From Klebsormidium nitens (lineage: Eukaryota > Plantae > Klebsormidiophyceae), in contig DF237695.1 in the NCBI GenBank assembly GCA_000708835.1, forward strand, positions 1 to 37,526: a stretch of 37,526 nt of DNA, written 5' to 3'. The notes below the pieces were generated by a model. The model did not search any database and was not told the DNA's origin. It worked only from the letters and a program-made list of their open reading frames with translations. This document shows positions 33,801 through 37,526 of this stretch, one piece after another (position 1 is the first letter of the stretch; each line of letters opens with the position of its first letter). Made by a program: the position numbers and the translations under genes.

Positions 33801-36093
33801 CGCAGCATGTCCTCCAATAATTTGCCGCTCCTTGTTCGGGTAGATGATCTGAACAGAAGACGAAGAATATCTAGGTTCAGCTGCTACTGTGAGTCCAGAA
33901 AAATATTTTCTTACAAATAAAGTCTGATGTTTTGCCACTCCATGTCTGGCTGGATAGCTGGACATTAAAGATCAGGATTCTGCGTCAGCTTTTCCGACGA
34001 TGCGAAAACGACGTCTTTCGCAGATCGTCTTGTCGAACAAGTCCCTTACAGATGTTTTGCTACTCATTTTCAAGATGATCGCAAACTCCTGGGAATCCAA
34101 TCTGCAATGGTCTCCTTCTCAGTGCTCGCGTCGAAGTCCTGTACATAAGAACAAAGCATCCTGCGCAGTCGAATTCTGCAAAGCAACGACGTGAAAAAAA
34201 GCGGCTGCATTCTTACATCCTCTGCCGGCTAACCGTCTACTCTCATGGTAGTTCAGCGACCCGTGGTCTCATGTCAGACCCGGAGAAGGTCGTACCAATC
34301 TTCAGCAGCGTAGTTTCTGACTGGGGCAGAGTCTCAACACTCACATGCGCGGGGCACTTCCCCTCCGCATTGTGCGACACGAGCTTCGCCACCGACTCCA
34401 CCTTGACCACGTGCTCCGAGTCCTTGACCGCATCTTCCGCTGTTAGCGAGTATGCACCCATGCATAACTTAGCGTAGTGAAGCAGCTCCTGCGGCCAAGA
34501 AGCACGTGCATGAGAATTTAAAGCAAGCGGGATGTCAGCGTTGCTTAACTGGGACGTTTGCAGTAGTCAAAAGCGTGTGAGCGGCTGCCCAGCTGCTCAC
34601 AGCTGCTGAGGGCCGCAAAGTCTGTTCACGTTAGTTGCGAGATATAGTTGCAAGAATTGGTCCTATGCTTACGGGTACCCTCTTCATTAGCTGTTGGTGA
34701 AGAATGCCCGAGGTCACCCCGATGTCTTTCGGAACCCGAGAATAGTGGGGAGCAGGCGACATGAAAGCGGACCAAGTTATGTTCAGACAACTCGAGGAGG
34801 CGGTAAAAGCATGGATACGGCGAAGTTATGGTGCCCTCATGTTTCGAAGAGGAGCTTGGACTTCCTTCAAGCCCCAGATTTCGATCCAACATGAGAACAT
34901 CAAACTTTCAGAAAAGAAAAGGGCTCTCGTCACGAAGACAAGCCATCCCAACACAAGCTTTCGTTTTACAATCTAGACTTGGAAAGCACTGTGCTTAGCT
35001 ATTGAAAAACGAAGACTCCCTTGCAAAGACTCCATACCTGTATCTCCTCGTCCCCTGCCTCGTTCCACGTCAGGCTTTCCACGCTCCCGTCCCGACACAG
35101 CCGGTAGAATAACGCGACCACAGGGGTCAGCGGTCGCGGCGCATACTCCAGCACTTCCTTGGCGCTCTGACTCAGATACTGCAGGCCCTCGTTCACTTTC
35201 TCCGGCAGCTTGGACTGCGGGTTCTGTTCCGTCCTGTGCGACGGCCGCCGCTCGGGCGTCTTTCCCTCCTTCCCCGACTCAGACCCGGTATCGCTCACCA
35301 GCTTCGCCATGACCCCCGTCTGGGCGTCGAGCTTCTCCGCCTCCCCTAGTTCCGAGTTGGACCCCCGCTTTTCCGACTTGGCCTTCTCGAGCCGGTTCTC
35401 CACCTCCTGGTGGCTCACGTTTTTCCGGACGCTCTCGGGAAGGGCCCTGAACAGCTCCTCCGCTTCTTTCTCCAAGTCCCGCTTCCGTCCGCTGCGGCTG
35501 TTGTTCCGGCTGTGCTTGTGCTTCTCCCCGTCTGCCTCTTTCTTGCTGTGCGACCCGCTCGCTTCGCTTTCTGACCCCCCGCTCCGCTCTGAAAGCGACC
35601 TCCCCACAACAGGCCTCTCGTCAGCTGCACCCCCTGCACCGCCTCCATCCTTGGCCCGTTCTTCGCTAAATGAGTTTTCCATCGCAAGCCCTCTTCGGTC
35701 AGACTCTTGGATCTCAGGGGGGCCAGTGCGCTCCTGCTCATGCCTCTCCTCCACCCTGGGGGGGTGCGCTGCCATTAGCGACGCCTCGTCATCTTCCACC
35801 GGCCGTGCTTCCTCTCCGCCCCCTCGCATTCTGTGACCTGTCGGCATCCCCCCGCTGTAATTGTCGTCAGCGTCCTGCATAGCGGCCAGAGCGATTGTCT
35901 GACTGCCAGCTGTCGCGGCGTCTACAACTGGCTTTGGTTTCGACGTAAGTTCTGTGTGCTCAACTTCTGAGCTGACTCTTAGCATGGCCACGGGGCCAGA
36001 TTCAAGGCTGATTTGCAGGCCTGGTGCTGAGATCTCGCTGTTTGCAATAGCTGTTTCTTCTAAAGTGGATTTCTCGTTATCCTGGATGGTCAT
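24223..36093 (-). CDS. Class 3 (alpha/beta-hydrolase) lipase, plant mono/diacylglycerol-lipase-like family (recalled similarity to Arabidopsis At3g49050/At5g37710 type); 9 coding exons, 883 aa
   Basis: Exons 36093-35038, 34488-34345, 33729-33580, 32768-32666, 28490-28330, 27834-27740, 26949-26821, 25945-25804, 24894-24223. All junctions are GT-AG with matching phases (0,0,0,1,0,2,2,0); total 2652 nt. Motifs: IVLAVRG, GYVHAGF, GHSLGAG (Ser), VVLQ|DDFLPR (Asp), LYPPGRVYH, FFDHNL (His). An additional upstream coding exon cannot be excluded. Confidence 0.9.
25091..25280 (-). repeat. Two intronic echoes of the exon 9 acceptor and 5' end (acceptors at 25109 and 25274)
   Basis: 25091-25116 is identical to 24876-24901 (26 nt); 25227-25280 matches 24847-24900 at 47/54. 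Confidence 0.9.
25804..25945 (-). CDS. Lipase exon 8 (CSCAKAPTKVKTDIPVKSRFERAVLTGSTFFDHNL...ELH)
   Basis: cgcag|G acceptor, CAT|GTGAG donor; 142 nt; carries the catalytic His motif. Confidence 0.9.
26046..26410 (-). repeat. Two clear plus one faint intronic echo of the exon 8 branch point, acceptor and 5' end (~145-bp period)
   Basis: 26046-26119 matches 25903-25976 at 64/74; 26196-26267 is a second copy with a 2-nt deletion; a faint KLKTDI copy lies at ~26357-26400. Confidence 0.9.
26633..26703 (-). repeat. Downstream echo of the exon 7 3' half, donor mutated GT to GA
   Basis: FLKDPYRFYPPSRVHHVVHKYPFT vs LLQDPYRLYPPGRVYHVVHKFPCT. Confidence 0.9.
26821..26949 (-). CDS. Lipase exon 7 (ACWSLCKRCLRDTF...HKFPC)
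   Basis: cgcag|C acceptor, AC|GTGAG donor; 129 nt; phases 2/2. Confidence 0.9.
27020..27255 (-). repeat. Two upstream echoes of exon 7 with intact acceptors (27084, 27220), ~136-bp period
   Basis: They encode ACWSLCKRCLRDTFQGGPHYL and ACWSLCKRYLRDTFQGGPHYL after cgcag acceptors. Confidence 0.9.
27740..27834 (-). CDS. Lipase exon 6 (DDFLPRISTA...FIVN)
   Basis: ttgcag|GAC acceptor, TA|GTAAGC donor; 95 nt. Confidence 0.85.
28330..28490 (-). CDS. Lipase exon 5 (IAMTF...APPRCFSLDLSVKYSHVINSVVLQ)
   Basis: ttccag|GG acceptor, CAA|GTGAGT donor; 161 nt. Confidence 0.9.
28570..28960 (-). repeat. Three upstream echoes of exon 5 (offsets 158, 165, 176 nt)
   Basis: MMFTNNPAIVGGLLLEQIK, LLIADNPASNGGLRLGHIE and DNSSTMGSILAEYME vs real MMITDNPATVGGLRAEQIK. 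Confidence 0.85.
32666..32768 (-). CDS. Lipase exon 4 (AAQWL...GHSLGA; catalytic Ser)
   Basis: cgcag|GCT acceptor, G|GTAAG donor; 103 nt. Confidence 0.9.
32933..32992 (-). repeat. Upstream echo of exon 4 (acceptor AG lost)
   Basis: VAQRLVASSGPVFATRVFED vs AAQWLVENEGPFIANLVKEN; offset 224 nt. Confidence 0.7.
33470..33510 (-). repeat. Downstream echo of the exon 3 3' end
   Basis: RDGHVCATSY vs MDGYVHAGFY; about 19/28 nt identity by hand. Confidence 0.5.
33580..33729 (-). CDS. Lipase exon 3 (IIYLDKERRDIVLAVRG...GYVHAGFYK)
   Basis: gttcag|ATC acceptor, AAG|GTGAG donor; 150 nt. Confidence 0.9.
33825..33855 (-). repeat. Upstream echo of the exon 3 acceptor and 5' end
   Basis: 29/31 nt identical to 33706-33736, including the tgttcag acceptor; encodes IIYPNKER. 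Confidence 0.9.
34345..34488 (-). CDS. Lipase exon 2 (ELLHYAKLCMGAY...KCPAH)
   Basis: cgcag|GAG acceptor, CAT|GTGAGT donor; 144 nt. Confidence 0.85.
35038..36093 (-). CDS. Lipase exon 1 (long charged, low-complexity N-terminal extension, then start of the lipase N-domain)
   Basis: First ATG after the acceptor ctgcag|A at 36129/36128; CAG|GTATGG donor at 35038; 352 codons. Confidence 0.75.
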
Positions 36094-37019
36094 CGCTTGC
36101 ACCAGGGACTGCCGGTAGGGCCTCAGATCTGCAGAAGCAGGTGAAATCAAAAGAATGAGCCAAAGCACACCTGGATGAGGGCGGGGATACTGGGTGAAAC
36201 TGAGTTTACACGTTACAGACTACAAGAAGTCAACCCAACCAACAGGAATTGACAGTTGCAAACACCTCAGCTTACAGAAGGCCACATGGAAATCTTGCTC
36301 CAAATGATACTTGGCTCACAAATTGGATTACTGAGAGAAACCACGGTGGCAAGTCATCATGTTGAGTGACAGGATGATGGACGAGCGAGTACTATTCAGC
36401 TTCGTCTTCAGGCAGGATTCTAAAGCGAGCAGTTTAGTCTGCACATTCTTTTCTTTTAAGCAATGCAGACACGAAACCCTTCTAGCATTTTAATTGCTCG
36501 GTGATTGAAGGTGCGGCGATCACCTTCCACTAGGCACGAGTTTGAGCTCGCAAGATGCAACAGGTTCTGCCATTTTACTGTTGTTCAGATCTTTTGCAAC
36601 CAGGTTGACAATAAACAAAAGAATGCTTGGGGCACAGAGAAGCATGAATGTTGCCACTAGGCAGATGAACTGAAAGAGCCTATGCGCAACATGAACTTCT
36701 GACATTTTAAAGGATGTTCTTGTCGTCTTTGTACAATCGTAGCAACCGCAGACGAAATTTGCTACTGTACAGAAATACCGCAGCACCTCATTGGTCTCGA
36801 ATGGAGCTTATACATGTGTCAGTGAGGATGAATACTTGCCTGCACTCCACTTCAGCGTCCGATTATGCTGCGCTGCATACGCATCAACACTAGATGGAAC
36901 CACAAGGAGATAACACTCAAAGCCGCATCACGGGTTCGCATCGCAACCGGCAGATGCTGATCAAAAGGCTGCAGGGATATAGAGTAGACTCGAAGATCCT
37001 TGAGGAAGCGCGCGTCTCC

Positions 37020-37460
37020 ATAGAACCTAGTAGCTGTGGCTAGTACCGTACTGCGCCCTCTGCCCGCCTCTGCCACAGACAGCAGCTGGAGCGGCAAAAG
37101 CAGCCACCATGCCAGCTGGCAGCCAATCACTCGTGACAGCTGGCACCCCAGGACCCTTACTTGCCCAGTTAATAGTTATTCCGGCCCGCGGAATGGACGG
37201 ACTCCGCGGTCCCCGGCAGCGAGCCTCCCGACAGGGTTTTACAAAATACGCGTTCCTACCGCGGCCGGGCGGCTGCATGCGCCCGCGCTACTAAGCTGCG
37301 CGCTGACCGTACATATATGGGGCGGCGCGAGCTTGCATTCTAACCAAACTCCATCGAACGACCGATGCCGAAAGTTGAAACCCTCGACACTCTGTGCACC
37401 GTCGATGGTCGAACACGAATTTAACGAGCGATCATCGACGGCGCGCGAGTTCTGAATCAG
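37020..37460. promoter_or_regulatory. GC-rich island with telobox-like AAACCCT motifs; likely lipase promoter/TSS region
   Basis: cccgacagggttt at 37227-37239 (identical to 10955-10967 upstream of gene B), gaaaccctc at ~37377, and a candidate 5'UTR donor GCAA|GTAAGG near 37159. Confidence 0.4.
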
Positions 37461-37526
37461 TCCCCGAGCAGGTCGGCGCCGTCGATGACCAATTCGGTAG
37501 TCTTTTGCGTACGGTGACTCCGAAAC

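Noticed and set aside
34530-34625. Upstream echo of lipase exon 2
   Set aside because: Patchy similarity (cagct.ctg..ggcc) is too weak to support by eye; not counted.
24223-36093. EDS1/PAD4-like immune lipase
   Set aside because: No EP domain is recognisable, and the motifs fit the separate plant mono/diacylglycerol-lipase-like class 3 family.
36129-36170. 42-nt intron (CAG|GTGTGC...CTGCAG) and the signal-peptide-like ORF start MLWLILLISP
   Set aside because: Better explained as the polypyrimidine tract of a longer upstream intron; the ORF start is a GTG within it.

Overview
Eukaryotic nuclear DNA: GT-AG introns with CTAAC/CTGAC branch points, plant-type GxIP LRRs and GC-rich promoter islands. 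It is most consistent with a streptophyte alga such as Klebsormidium (inference only). The window has three blocks. (1) 1326-5456 (+): a two-exon LRR ectodomain fused to a multi-pass membrane domain with XK-family-like motifs and no kinase. It has one in-frame TGA and is flanked on both sides by the same MITE-like element family. (2) ~7200-22700: an intronless F-box-like array built from six head-to-head (minus/plus) gene pairs, each sharing a GC island. Of 12 loci, 4 are intact and 8 are frameshifted, truncated or remnant, and four of the remnants are invisible in the ORF track. (3) 24223-36093 (-): a 9-exon class 3 lipase (883 aa as reconstructed; all splice phases consistent; Ser/Asp/His motifs intact). 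Its introns contain at least 13 decayed partial copies ('echoes') of the neighbouring exon edges, often with their acceptor sites. The two echoes before exon 7 differ from each other and from the real exon almost only at silent positions. All alignments and counts were done by hand and need computational confirmation.
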